Both the position numbers and the translations under genes were made by a program. A stretch of DNA of 64,000 bases, from the NCBI GenBank assembly GCA_951406725.2, contig OX597839.1, positions 23,684,001-23,748,000 of the forward strand, given 5' to 3'. Numbering within the stretch: the stretch's first letter is position 1; each line of letters opens with the position of its first letter. The notes under the pieces are model-generated. The model had not been told where the DNA came from and ran no database searches. It worked only from the letters and a program-made list of their open reading frames with translations. The stretch comes from Octopus vulgaris (Eukaryota). Shown here piece after piece: positions 37,680 through 50,739 of this stretch.

Positions 37680-37866
37680 TCTGCCGGTGGCATGTAAAAG
37701 CACCAACTACACTCTCAGAGTGGTTGGCGTCAGGAAGAGCATCCAGCTGTAGAAACTCTGCCAGATCAAGATTGGAGCGTGGTACAGCCATCTGGTTCAC
37801 CAGTCCTCAGTCAAATCGTCCAACCCATGCTAGCTTGTTGTTAAATGATGATGATGATGATGATGA
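37680..37866 (+). mobile_element. Family B RTE-tail repeat
   Basis: gagtggttggcgtcaggaagagcatccagctg..ccaacccatgctagc..(GAT)n. Confidence 0.7.
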
Positions 37867-37962
37867 AATATGTATATTTAGTAAGGAATAAAGTAATTCT
37901 TAAATACCATGCTATAGAAATGAGGAACAAACACAAACATATCCTATCTATCTTATATATAC

Positions 37963-38690
37963 ACAGGTGGGTGGAAAGTAAGTAGGCATTAGAAATTACC
38001 TGATCATGCCATTTTTCTTTCTGGCTTTACAGTGTGAGGATGGTCGCTCCACAAGCAATGTGCACCAAAGAAGAATAAAGAGCATTGATCTGGTTTCTCT
38101 GGTCAAAAGGTGCCTCAGGTATTGAAATTCATCGGAGGCTTTTAGCACAATACGGGGACAGTGCACTATCATGCAGAAGTGTGTATAAGGGGATTGAGAA
38201 GTTTAAAAGAGACTGGGCAAGTGTGTGTGTGTAAGTATATATACATACACACACAGAATTTTTAGTATCACCGAAGTCATGAGGAAAACATTTTTTAAAC
38301 AGACAGCATTAGTGGGAATTTCTTATTTTGCAGATGGCCGGTTGCTTGGCTGTTCAGGAGCGAGCTAAGATAGCTGCACACTACAAAGTGTGGAATTCCA
38401 TTGTTTTGGTTCAGAGATGGTTACGTGCATGGAAATGTAAGCATGCAACACTACGTCCAGAGACAATAAAAAGCTGTAATGCAAAGCTGATGACCACAGG
38501 CTCTGTGAATGGTGCAAGAAGTGGCTGTCCAACCACATCACGATCTGCAGACAACATGGCAACAGTGCAACAAATGTTTAATCGCAACCATGTAATAAAG
38601 AACATGTAGCATTTGTTTTAATAAATTTGTTAAAAGGAATATGGGTTTTATTACCACTTTTTAATGCCTTTTTACTTTTCCCCCACATCC
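37963..38690 (+). mobile_element. Internally deleted Tc1/mariner-superfamily element containing a second mariner fragment (38040-38225)
   Basis: TIR-like caggtgggtggaaagtaagtaggcattag / ttaatgcctttttacttttccccacatcc. One HTH reads ERAKIAAHYKVWNSIVLVQRW..KLMTTGSV..RSGCP; the nested one reads CTKEE*RALIWFLWSKGASGIEIHRRLLAQYGDSALSCRSVYKGIEKFK. Confidence 0.7.
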
Positions 38691-39665
38691 GTTTTCCATG
38701 CTAGCATGGGTTGGACAGTTCAACCGGGGTCTGGGAAGCAAGGAGGCTGCACCAGGCTCCAGTCTGATCTGGCAGTGTTTCTACAGCTGGATACACTTCC
38801 TAACGCCAACCACTCCATGAGTATAGTGGGTGCTTTTTACGTGCCACCAGCATGGGTATCACAACTACAATTTCCATTTGATTTTCATTTTGATGTTGAT
38901 GTACTTGACTCAATAGGTCTCCTCAAGCACAGCAGGTCACCCTATGATCCAAGGTACTTTGAATGGGCTGAGGCTGGTTATGCGAAACTGGTGTAGGATA
39001 CAGCCATGAACTCACTTTATTTGCCGGGTCTTCAATCACAGCATATCCCCAGAGATCATGGGCTTTCGTCATTGCCTCCTGTGAGGTCCAACGTTCAAAG
39101 GTCATGCTTGACCACCTCATCCCATGTCTTCCTGGGTCGACTTCTACTCCAGATTCCTTCAACCGTTTGGGAGTGGCACTTCTTCACACATCTCTCCTCA
39201 TCCATCCGTAGTACATGACCATACCAGTGCAAAAATCTCTCTTGCACGCCACGTCCTATGCTTCTTATGTCCAACATTTCTCTCAGGGTGCTTACACTCT
39301 GTCGTGTGTGCACACTGAAATTACACATCCAGCAGATCATGCAAGCTTCATTTCTTTCAAGCTTACCCATGTCCTCCACAGTCAGGGCCCATGTTTCATT
39401 GCTGTGAAGCATAGCAGTTTGCACACATTCATCATACAATCTACTTTTCACTCTGAGCAAGAGACCCTTGGTCACAAGTGGGGGTAGAAGTTTTCTAAAC
39501 TTTGCCCAGGCTATTCTTATTCTAGTGGTAACACTCTCTGAGCATCCACCCCAACAACTAACTTGGTCACTTAGGTAGCGAAAGCTATCAACTACTTCTA
39601 GTTTCTCCCCCTGGAGTGTGATGGAATCTATTTTCTGAGTATCTGTGGTGTCTATTGCCCCTGTG
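38686..39665 (-). mobile_element. RTE-clade LINE 3' fragment (RT C-terminus plus 3' UTR ending in family B sequence)
   Basis: LEVVDSFRYLSDQ..RIRIAWAKFRKL..KSRLY..ETWALT..LHWYGHVLRMDEERCVKK..VEG..SRPRKTWDEVVKHDL. Confidence 0.9.
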
Positions 39666-40961
39666 CAAAGAGAGAGAGAAAAAGAGAGAGAGAATGGAGA
39701 GAGTGGTGGTGTGTTGATAAGCTGAGCAACAGCTTATATAAACTTACCAATACCCCTACCACTGCATATTAATTTATTAAACCCTATCCTTTTCCTTGAT
39801 TCCATTCGGTGGGGTTTTATCAGCTTTACATATGAATGTGTGTGTGTGTGTGTGATGGACGTGTGTGTGTGTGTATGTATTGGGGGGGTGTATACACATA
39901 TAGATGTGTCTGTGTATCTACATACATATACATATGCAGCATCCAAAACAGATGACCCAATGACCCAGAAGTTGTTGCTCTTCCATTACTTTCGCAAACA
40001 GCAGTAACTTTCTTCAGCTGATTACACGTCATTGATTGGTTAAAATTATCCACGTATGACAACTTTAACATGAAATAACTTCTAAAATACAAAATTTTGC
40101 CCAAAACATTACGAGTAAGCCCTGTTCTACATGACACATTATACTAGTATCAGGAGTTTCAAAGTGTTTAGTTAAAAAAAATTAATTAAAAAATCTGTGA
40201 CTGAGATTGAATAGATGCAAAATATGTTATGGTGAAAGTGCGAATAATTTTTAACTTCCCCTCATGTATATATATATAGACAGAGAGGGGGGGAGATGGA
40301 GAGAGAGAAAGAGAAAGAGAGAGAGAGATAAATATAAATAGATAGATAGATAGACAGACACATATATATATGTATATATATATAAGTCTTTAAGTATATA
40401 TATATATATGTGTGTATATGTGTATGTATAATGTATGTATGTATACATATATATATATATATGTATGTTTGTGTATTTGTATATGGTACATATGTGAGTG
40501 TGTAGACATAGACAGGCAGATAGATATATAGATAGATAGATAGATGGACAGATATAGATATACATACACATGCATATATACATGCATATATACATGCATA
40601 AATTAATACATACATATATTTACATACAAATACATACAAGAAGGGTCTAGACTTGATGATGGTGATAATGATGATGATGATGAAGGGGGAGAGAAGGAGG
40701 AGGTGGAGGAGGTCTAAGAGTCAACATGGCAAAAGACCAAGATATTTCTAAGTAACAAAGTACACAAAATGCCAACACCACCTGATGGGTTGTCTTGTTT
40801 TGCTGAGACGAAAGTAGATAGGCACTGGATAGTGGGTCCTTACGGCCAGCAATGGGTACACAAACGTTGCTGTGTAATGTCTGCGGTACTAAACTAACAG
40901 AAAACCCAGAATCTAAATTGTGACATATCTGTTTGTGGAGTTAGCAGTAGTACTATCGATT

Positions 40962-40994
<33 letters not shown>

Positions 40995-41077
40995 CTATCT
41001 ATAACTATCTATCTATAAATATATAGATAGATAGACAGACAGACAGACAAATAGATAGAGAGACACAAACACAGACT

Positions 41078-41147
<70 letters not shown>

Positions 41148-41251
41148 TAGATAGATAGATAGATAGATAGATAAACAGACAGACAAGCACACGGACAGAC
41201 AAATAGATAGATAGACAGACTGATAGATAGATAGATAGATAGATAGACAGA

Positions 41252-41827
41252 TATGTTTCTTTATTAGCCACACCGGGCTGCACACAGATAGAACAAATTA
41301 CAAGGTAGAGCTTTTCTTTTGAAGGGTTAGAAAAAAAAAAAAAAAAAAGGGAAGGGGGGAGTTTCGATCAAAAGGGATCGTAAAAGGAGAGAAAGAGGAC
41401 AAAAAAAGGGGGGGGGTTAAAAAAAGGTGGGGGAGGAAAAAAAATTGATCAATAGGGATCGTTATCACAGAAATGTCAATATGAAGTGTAAAGGGGAGGA
41501 CAGGTGAGGTTTACCCGTGGAAAGAAAAGCCTACGGAAAAGACCACGGTAACCTCGGTCAATGAAGTCACATTTTATATTTCTTTTTTTTTTTTTTTTTT
41601 TTTGCAAATAAGCAACTCTCTGTTTTCGATTTCTGGGTTCATAGGACTATGCTCAAGGTGGCTTCGTCATTCATACGTGCCATTCTTGCTACATTCACCC
41701 ATCTTTTTTTAAAACATTCGCTAGACAAAACTTGCCTCTCTACTCTCACTTTCCTTTTCAAGTGGTACTTGAAGAAGTTGATGAGAGATTGACCAGAGAG
41801 GAAAGTGTTTGTCTCCAATCCTTTCAT
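41252..41827 (-). mobile_element. Putative L1/Tx1-like retrotransposon 3' end inserted in (GATA)n
   Basis: ORF tail [51 protein letters not shown], a pyrimidine-rich 3' UTR, and AATAAAGAAAC running into (ATCT)n. GATA/GACA arrays lie on both sides. Confidence 0.55.
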
Positions 41828-41844
41828 AGACAGATAGACAGACT

Positions 41845-41914
<70 letters not shown>

Positions 41915-42372
41915 CAGACAGGCAGACAAGCACACGGACAGATAAATAGAGAGACAGACAGACAGAAGATAGATATATAGACAGACAGACAGACAGGCAT
42001 ACAAGCACACGGACAGACAGACAGACAGATAGATAGATAAACAGACAGATAGAAAGCTACATACATACATACATACATACATACATACATTAGTGTATAA
42101 ATGTGTAAATCTCCATATATAATATCACATCAGGACAAATTCCCCCTACCACCACGACAACTACCCCCTTAGTTAATTACCTCCAATATAATAAGTTTTA
42201 AATTATCATTTGTTTTCCTCAGGGGTAAATGTCTTAGTGGGGTCATTGCCCTAGACTCATATTATATACCTATATATTATGTGGGTGTAAATGGATATGT
42301 GTATGTATGCACACTCACATGCCTACAGAAACATATGCATATATACATATATATACACATACATACATATAT

Positions 42373-42446
<74 letters not shown>

Positions 42447-42547
42447 CATCTCCCACTGGATAGAGTACTTTTTGCTGATCTTCCTTAATGGAACATTTAA
42501 CTATATATATATGTACTTTGTGTTTGTATATATGTATACATGTGTAA

Positions 42548-42592
<45 letters not shown>

Positions 42593-43414
42593 TATATGTA
42601 TAACATATATTTATATGTATGTACATACATGTATACATTCATATATATACACCTTCGTTTTTGTATATATATTCGTGTGTGCATGTATGTATGTATGTAT
42701 TTATGTATGTATGTACGTGTGTGTGTGTGTGTGTGTGTGTGTGCATGTACATATGTATGTCTACTCAAATATACATATATAAAGTGTGAAAGCGAGAGAG
42801 AAAGAGAAGGAGGAACAACACTCCATGATAAGAATCCTGTGAACTATTTTCTGGTTTTCTGTGGCACTTAGCATTTATTTTTACCATTATTGGTTCCTGC
42901 GAATGTCAAGTTTATTTAGAAGAACGGAACTGGTAGACTTCATGACAAGTAATGCACACAAACACAATGGCTAAAACTTTAAAATGGTTCCTTTTTTTCT
43001 TGACCTTTCTCAAATTTCACTGAATGTTAATAATTTTTACCTGGCATCTAGAGTCTTCCAGAACCAAGACGAAATATTGCCATATTTCTACGACCTTCAA
43101 ATAGCTTTCAGAAATTCCTATAAACAATGGCTAAGTCAGTGATAACTGCAAAGAATGGTTTTGTGCTGACATTAGGAATCAATATTTCAAAGCAACAACA
43201 GCCTGATAAGCAAAGTCTGTGAGTTGATTTAGATTCCAACAGAACTGCAAATGTCTGTATTACTTACTTGTTCAGGCGGTGGCATTCACCTGGTGTGGCT
43301 TTAGCCAGTTCTAGTCCTTCATGATTGTTGACCACATCTGACAGTTGGCTGCTGTCAAAGAACACAGATGCCGCAGCAATAGTCATGATTCACTGTTGAA
43401 GTGCAGAGTTCATG

Positions 43415-44090
43415 TTTGGGTATCTTGGTGGATTCCTCCTTTTCGCCTTCGGCCCAGTGCGTCCATGCTGCCAACAAAGCACGCGGAATTCTGTTCTTGA
43501 TTCGATGGTCATTCGGAATGCTCACAGCAGCCATATTCCTACCACTCTATGTCACGCTGGTGAGGCCCATATTGGAGTATGGGATTCAAGCCTCTTCTCC
43601 TTATCTCCTCAAAGACATACAGCATCTCGAAAGAGTCCAGAAGCTGGCTACCCGCATGGTTCATGGTCTCAAAAATTTGTCCTACGAAGAAAGGCTGAGG
43701 ACGCTCGACCTTTATTCTCTAGAAAAACGCCGCCGCCGTGGTGATCTCATTCTCGCCCACAACATCATAAGCGGAAAGTGTAACCTCTCGAAAGAGCTGT
43801 TCTTCACTCCTGCTCCAGAGCGTCGGCTGCGGGGTCATTCCGAAAAGCTCTACCTGCGACGATTTCATCTCAATCGAAGGAGAGGAGCTTTCTCCGTCCG
43901 GGTTGCGGATCCGTGGAACAAGCTGCCAAACGAGATGGTGAAGATGCCGACGACCGCTTTGTTCAAAGCCTCCCTTGACCTCAAGTGGCCTGAACTCTTT
44001 ACATGAGCACCACCCTGTACTTAACTCCATGTCCCCCTGCATGGCCTTGCTATTTGCTTTTGAGCCAAATTAACTAACTAACTAACTAAC
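43415..44090 (+). mobile_element. CR1-clade LINE 3' end, open frame, (TAAC)n tail
   Basis: LGILVDSSFSPSAQC..LYVTLVRPILEYG..LERVQKLATRMV.GLKNLSYEERL..LYSLEKRRRRGDLI..RGHSEKL..FSVRVADPWNKLP; tail taactaactaac. Confidence 0.92.
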
Positions 44091-44645
44091 AGGAATATAA
44101 ATTCATATGTGGCGCTTCCCTCCTAGTTACCTTGTCAAGTCATGCTGACTCATAAGGGCTAGTTTCCCAGTTTTCATGGCATATATATTCCCCACCTGGA
44201 TGGGATGCCAGTCCCTTGCAGGATTACTCATTTTTGCCAGCTGAGTGAACTGGAGCAACGTGAAATTAAGTGTTTTGTTTAAAAATATCTGTCGCCCGGA
44301 CCAGGAATCAAAACCACAATCTTGCAACCATGAGTCCAACACCCTGACCACCAAGCCAAGCAACTCCATACATGTGGTCCCTGGTCATATGCAGACACAC
44401 TTTGGGATAGCGTGATCCTTGGCAGCTCATCTTGTCAATGATTGTTGACCATTGCAGAGGATTCACTGACCAAGTCACCACCAATTATCAGAAAAGATGT
44501 GACTTGGGTTTCAAGTGGATTCAGGAAACAGGCTTTAACAAAAGCTAAGGGGTAGATGCCTAACTCCCAGTGGTCTTCCAGCATGCCAGATACCAACACA
44601 GAATTTCGGAGGGCCAGAAGAAATACACACACACACACACACACA

Positions 44646-44865
44646 CTTTATTAATAAAGCTGTAAAAACATCCCCAAAACTGTTACTCAGAGTTTTATGT
44701 TCTCATTCATCTGAGAGTTTTGGTACCAAAACTGCCCGACAAACAGGAACATGAAACTCTGAGTAACAGTTTTTGTGATGTCTTTTCAGCTTTATTAATA
44801 AAGCATATTACTCTACCTCTGGTATTTGAGTACTATTTTTTCCCACTTTGTTTCACATTTATGAG
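44646..44865. mobile_element. Palindromic remnant (44646-44804) with two decayed hammerhead motifs
   Basis: Centred on GGTACC at 44722-27. The two-arm consensus is AAAACTG(T)-C(T)GATGA-ATG-NGAA-CAT-GAAA-CTCTGAG-TA-ACAGTTTT. Confidence 0.6.
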
Positions 44866-44877
44866 CTTACACTGCTA

Positions 44878-45145
44878 TCGCCTGGCCCCCATGCCGGTGG
44901 CACGTAAAAACACCATCCGTTCATGGCCGTTTGCCAGCTCTGTCTGGCACCTGTGCAGGTGGCACGTAAAAAGCACCCACTACACTCATGGAGTGGTTGG
45001 CGTTAGGAAGGGCATCCAGCCGTAGAAACACTGCCAAATCTGACTGGGCCTGATGAAGCCTTCCGGCTTCACAGACCCCATTTAAACCGTCCAACCCATG
45101 CTAGCATGGAAAGCGGATGCTAAATGATGATGATGATGATGATGA
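44878..45145 (+). mobile_element. Family B RTE-tail repeat
   Basis: Conserved core and (GAT)n tail. Confidence 0.75.
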
Positions 45146-45493
45146 TATATATATATATGTTGTTTCTGTCTCATTTGGTCTAAAGTCGTATGACAACCAC
45201 CGTTATATATGTTTTGTTTGTTCATTACCGTTTTCAATTTCGTTTTCGTCTCTTGTGTTTACATCCGTCTTGTGCGTTCACATTCCTGTCTTCTACCAAG
45301 AAATCTAATGCTTACAGCTTAGTTTTTTTCTTGGGGCTGGCCGAGTTGGAGCAAATATCAGAATTGAACAGCCGAAATTTGCTATGATGGTTCGGTGTCT
45401 GACTGAAGATTGAAGGCTTCGAATGATTTGTCTGTGCTCCGTGTTCGTCCCTTCCTGTGTTTCACGTTCATTATATATAAAAACATTCATTCT

Positions 45494-45528
<35 letters not shown>

Positions 45529-46140
45529 ATATACATATATATATGTATATATATACATATATATATATAATGATATAATATTTAGGTCCCACATGTAATG
45601 TATATACATGTGTGTGTGTGTGTGTGTATGGAAGTGCATGACCAAACGGTTAGACTCATAAGCATCATGACATGGGTTCAATTCTTCAGTGCATCATGTT
45701 TATAAGCAAGGCACTCCACTTCACGTTCCCCCAATCTAATCGCCTGAAAAGCGTTGCTCTTCTCCAGCTGTGAATCCCCTGGATATTTCTACTGAGTCAA
45801 TAGGGGAAGGACCAAAAGGATGTCTGTGTATTCTTGCAACAACACAGGCAGCTAAAACTGCCATTGAAAACATGGTACATACTACTAAGTCATACTCACT
45901 TACAAATGAAATTTACCGTTTCCACACATCACATATATATGCATATGTGTGTGTGTGTGTGTGTAAATAAATTATGAGTGAGAGGTTATGCAATCATCTA
46001 AGGGATAAAAGTATCTATAGCCACTACTGTTGTATTACCTAACTATGTATTACCAACAGCAGTTGGTAATTTAAATAGTAAACCGTGGTTTAATATATTC
46101 AGATAAGAAAAGAAATGGAGCAACAATATATATATCAGCC

Positions 46141-46185
<45 letters not shown>

Positions 46186-46393
46186 GAGGGAATATTTTTT
46201 TGTTTTTTTCTAATTTATATATATATATGCGTTACCAACCTTGTCTCCACTCTTTTGCCTTTAAAAACCCACTTTGCTCTTGTTATCGTAAACATCCGCC
46301 TTTCACCATGTGCTACTCCTAACACCAGCCGTTTTTTTCTCTATCTCCGTTGCCCGCTCCGGGATCTTTCTTTCCTCTCTCTTCCTTCTTTAT

Positions 46394-46428
46394 GTTTCCG
46401 ACGAAGAGCTCCGCTCGAAACGTCATAC
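46394..46428 (+). ncRNA. Minimal hammerhead motif (core CCGACGA)
   Basis: GTTT-CCGACGA-A-GAGC-tcc-GCTC-GAAA-CG-TC-ATAC; stem I has one mismatch. Confidence 0.55.
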
Positions 46429-46790
46429 CTCCCTGCTTCCATTTCCTGAGCGCCTATTAATAATAATACTGTAATTGTTCCATTGTTGTTGTTTTTTTGT
46501 TTCCCGTTTGGATTAAAATTATATATATGTATATATATATTGGCCTGCTCGCTTAGCCAGCAGGGTGGCGTCATTCGAAGGCTAAAACAATGCGAACGCA
46601 TTGTGACCAGCGATGTGTAACAACATCTGATGGTCTGGTCGGTCACGTGATATATATATATATATATGTGTGTTAGGCTTCTTTCAGTTTCCCTCTACCA
46701 AATCTATTTACAAGGCTTTTGTCAACCTGAAGCTACAGCAGAAGACACTTGCACAGGTGCCATATATATATTTATATATATATATATATC

Positions 46791-47090
46791 TGTAAATGTA
46801 ATATGTGACAATTATTCAGTAGCTGTGATAAAACTTTGAGTTTTGGATGTCAAAGTGGAAATCCAAGCTGCCATCTCTTCAGTTATCTGGCCATTGGAAA
46901 AAAAAGGGGCATTTTTTTTGATGGCCAAATAACTGGTGGCATGGATTTCCACCTCGGCATCAGAAACTCAGAGTTTTATCAAGGCTACCAAATAATTATC
47001 ACATATTACATTTACAAATAAATTCCTCTATTTACATAATATTGAGGTCTCTTCCATTCTTTTGTTGTCTTACCATTTCTATCAATAAAT
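46791..47090. mobile_element. Palindromic remnant homologous to 8595-8780, with decayed hammerheads
   Basis: Inverted arms span 46791-47016; the tail ttcctctatttacataatattgaggtctct is shared with 8717-8746. Confidence 0.65.
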
Positions 47091-47413
47091 ATTTATATAT
47101 ATATATGTATACACACTCACACAGGTTTGAAGAACTTTAGAGTCTGACAAGTTGTCCATGGGACTAAGCCCTTAATGCATGCAAAGCCATTGGTCACTCT
47201 ATGACCGGACACAGACTTAACTGCATAGAAACTCATTACTGCTCTATGTTTTAGAGTATGTTTCTTTTTGGGATATACTACGTCGTGGAAAATGTTTGTG
47301 AGCCATGTTAAAATAATGAACTGCATGAACACACACACACACCATAAAAATATTTAAAAAAGCATTATTTTAGCACAGCACACAAACTTTTTCCTCAACC
47401 TAATACACTGACA

Positions 47414-47449
<36 letters not shown>

Positions 47450-47659
47450 TATTTAGAGATAGCAGTCCCCATCGAGAACCTGTTCCTTAAGCACGCAGTG
47501 TTTTACAGGAACATTTCTTAAAACACAACTCCAATCGTCAGACCTCTAAATAACTTTATCATAGTTTGATACCAAATACTATATTTTAATTTTAACAGAT
47601 AAGTATGCATATGTGCAAATAAATTCGATGAACCTTACTGTGCAAGCCATAATTTAATT

Positions 47660-47905
47660 CAAATAAAAAAATTAATAATAAAAATAAATGTAGATGGAAA
47701 TGAAAAAAGCGAAATAAATAATACAGATATTGAAAATTATCCAGATAGAATTTATATTGGATCCACTTCGAATAGAATTAAACAACGAATAGCACAGCAT
47801 ATGAATTCATTTAAAAATAAGAAACTAATGAAATGGACAGGATTAAGTAAATACATTTGGAGGTTAAAGTCGAAAGAAATCAATCAGTTAAACAAAATCG
47901 TATAG
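47660..47905 (+). mobile_element. Penelope-like GIY-YIG fragment (not in the ORF track)
   Basis: YPDRIYIGSTSNRIKQRIAQHMNSFKNKKLMKWTGLSKYIWRLKSKEI, starting at 47738. Confidence 0.8.
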
Positions 47906-48104
47906 AATTGGAAATAGATCATGTCTGTTATGTGCCCATGAATTCATGGAGATATTATGGGCCAAAACGGGACTTCTAAACGCTCAGGAGGAAAGAAAAA
48001 TAAAATGTAAACATAGACTGAAATGCTTAATTAATAACGTCTGACCCTAAATTTAAAGAGTAAGTATTATCACTACTATTATTATTTAATATGAACGTAC
48101 TCAT

Positions 48105-48270
48105 AGGCGCAGGAGTGGCTGTGTGGTAAGTAGCTTGTTTACCAACCACATGGTTCCGAGTTCAGTCCCACTGCATGGCACCTTGGGCAAGTGTCTTCTA
48201 TTATAGCCTCGGGCCGACCAATGCCTTGTGAGTGGATTTGGTAGACGGAAACTGAAAGAAGCCTGTCGTA
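48105..48270 (+). mobile_element. 5' half of SINE family A
   Basis: Head, B box and core. Confidence 0.85.
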
Positions 48271-48283
48271 TATATGTGTATAT

Positions 48284-48468
48284 TGCCTCCTCGTGCACAA
48301 TCCTTCTCCACTTGCTACGATCAATAGCTATGCCTTCCCATGTGTCAGGAGAGATGCAAGCATCTCTTAAGGAAGCCTTCAGCAAGTCCTTATACCTCTT
48401 TTTTGGTTTATGTGGAGGTTGTTCTACTTTAGCTAACTCTCCATAAAAGAAGGATTCAAGGATGTCAA

Positions 48469-48470
<2 letters not shown>
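48284..48470 (-). mobile_element. RTE LINE C-terminal fragment
   Basis: FFYGELAKVEQPPHKPKKRYKDLLKASLRDACISPDTWEGIAIDRSKWRRIV. Confidence 0.8.
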
Positions 48471-48512
<42 letters not shown>

Positions 48513-48621
48513 TTGGCATCCATATATATATATATATATATACATCGCCATGTTGATTCATTAGCTACTGCATGCATTTTTTTTTCTCTCCTTCTTTCTG
48601 TGTTTTTTTTCTCTCTGTGTA

Positions 48622-48659
48622 TCTTTCTGTTGAAGAGCGTAGGCTCGAAACGTTAAAGA
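48622..48659 (+). ncRNA. Minimal hammerhead-like motif with core CUGUUGA
   Basis: TCTTT-CTGTTGA-A-GAGC-gtag-GCTC-GAAA-CG-TT-AAAGA; stems I and II are perfect. Confidence 0.6.
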
Positions 48660-48936
48660 CTTGTTTTATTTATATTTCCTGAGCGCCATACTAATACAAT
48701 TGTTCGTTTGTTTTCCACCTGCCTTCGTCTTTTGTTTATTTTCATAAAGCTTCCCGTTATATACATATATACATACATATATATATACATATATACATAC
48801 ATATATATATACATATATACATACATATATATATACATATATACATACATATATATATACATATATACATACATATATATACATATATACATACATATAT
48901 ATATACATATATACATACATATATATATATACATAT

Positions 48937-48993
<57 letters not shown>

Positions 48994-50353
48994 TAACAGT
49001 TTTTTTTTCTTCACTAATAACGTTCATCTTTTCTTCCCCACCTTCCCTATTTGTCAATCTCAACAGAAAACAAATTGTCCAAAATCTAAATAGATTTCTC
49101 CTTTTCTTCACAACATAATCTATTGAGTTTGAAATGTTTCATCTCTTTTTCCTTTTAACTTTTTTTTTTTACTTATCTTTTCTTTTTAATTCTCATGAAA
49201 TTTATGAATTTTAAGAACTTTCCTCCTCCACAGTTGGGAAACTGACGAATTCCCCCCACTTTCCCAGAATTTATAACCATGAAGGAAATGTCAGAAACAT
49301 AATTTATTTATGAATTCATAAAGAATTCTCTTCTTTTAAATTATTTAGAATTGGTTGAAAACACCTCCTTTCTATGGAATGTATTCATCAATGGAGAACT
49401 CCTTTCCTGTTTGTAAATTATAAATTGTTAAAGAATGTCCCTCCTCGATATCATCATCATCATCATCATCATCACCATTATCATCATCATCCTTGTCATC
49501 ATCATTTAACATCCATTTTCCATGCTGGCATGGGCTGGACAGTTTTGTAGGAGCTGCCACGTTGGAGAGCTGCTCAAGGCCCCAGTTGTCTGTTTTGGCA
49601 CGGTCTCTACAGCTGAATGCCCTTCCTAATGTCAACCACTTTACAGGATGTTTTTTTGCATGGCACCAGTGCCAACAGAATCACCAAACAACTTGCAAGG
49701 CAACAAAACTCCTCACCTGGGAGTGGGTAGCATTTGTAAATTCATATAGAATTTCCCTTTCATATAACATGTACCGAACATTCCACTCTCTAAAATGTCT
49801 AAGTTGATATATAAATAATTGATAGAAGAATTCCCACTACTGTGTAATTAATATATTGATAATGAATTCCTCACTTCTATATATTTTATCTGACAGCATT
49901 GTAATTAAAATTTATTTAAACATGAAATTGTAAGTGACAGCAATGAGATCTTTATTGCATGTGCAAGATACAACTCCTGCTTGAGCAAGAACTCATCAAC
50001 AGTGATGCTATTTGGATCTTCATCTTTGTGGGCCTTTCAGTATAATACACCCTCACTGAAGCAGCAATGCTGGGGATGATCAGACCTTAGCTTGTGTCTC
50101 CAGCAACAGCCCAATATTTGCATGTTAAATTACTGGTGTGTTAACAGTGTTTTGCTTCATTGCTATATAATATACTACAGGACATGTCTATAGGGCTCTT
50201 AGAGGCACAGCTTCTGACGACAATTCCAACAAGAATTGAAACAAATGTTCTCTGTTTTTCTGTTCACATATTTTCTACAAATGAATTGTTTACATTCATC
50301 ATAATACATGGAGTTGACAAGAATCTATAGATATGTTCTATAATACATGTCAG

Positions 50354-50429
<76 letters not shown>

Positions 50430-50475
50430 GTATATATATATATATATATAGATAGATAGATAGATAGATATACGT

Positions 50476-50554
<79 letters not shown>

Positions 50555-50739
50555 TACATATATATATCAAAGCCTTGTGACTGAATTTGGTAGGCGGAAG
50601 TTTCCATCATGTGTGTACATATGTGTGTAAGACCTTGTGCCTCCTAACAGAAGAGGGATGTGTGTAAGTATGTATGTATACAGAGTTAGTTAGAAAGATA
50701 GACAGACAGACAGACTGACTGATTTTGGATTTTCAGATT

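Noticed and set aside
39940-40140. Unique stretch with short open frames after CAG
   Set aside because: Frames under 25 codons, a poor acceptor and no recognisable homology.
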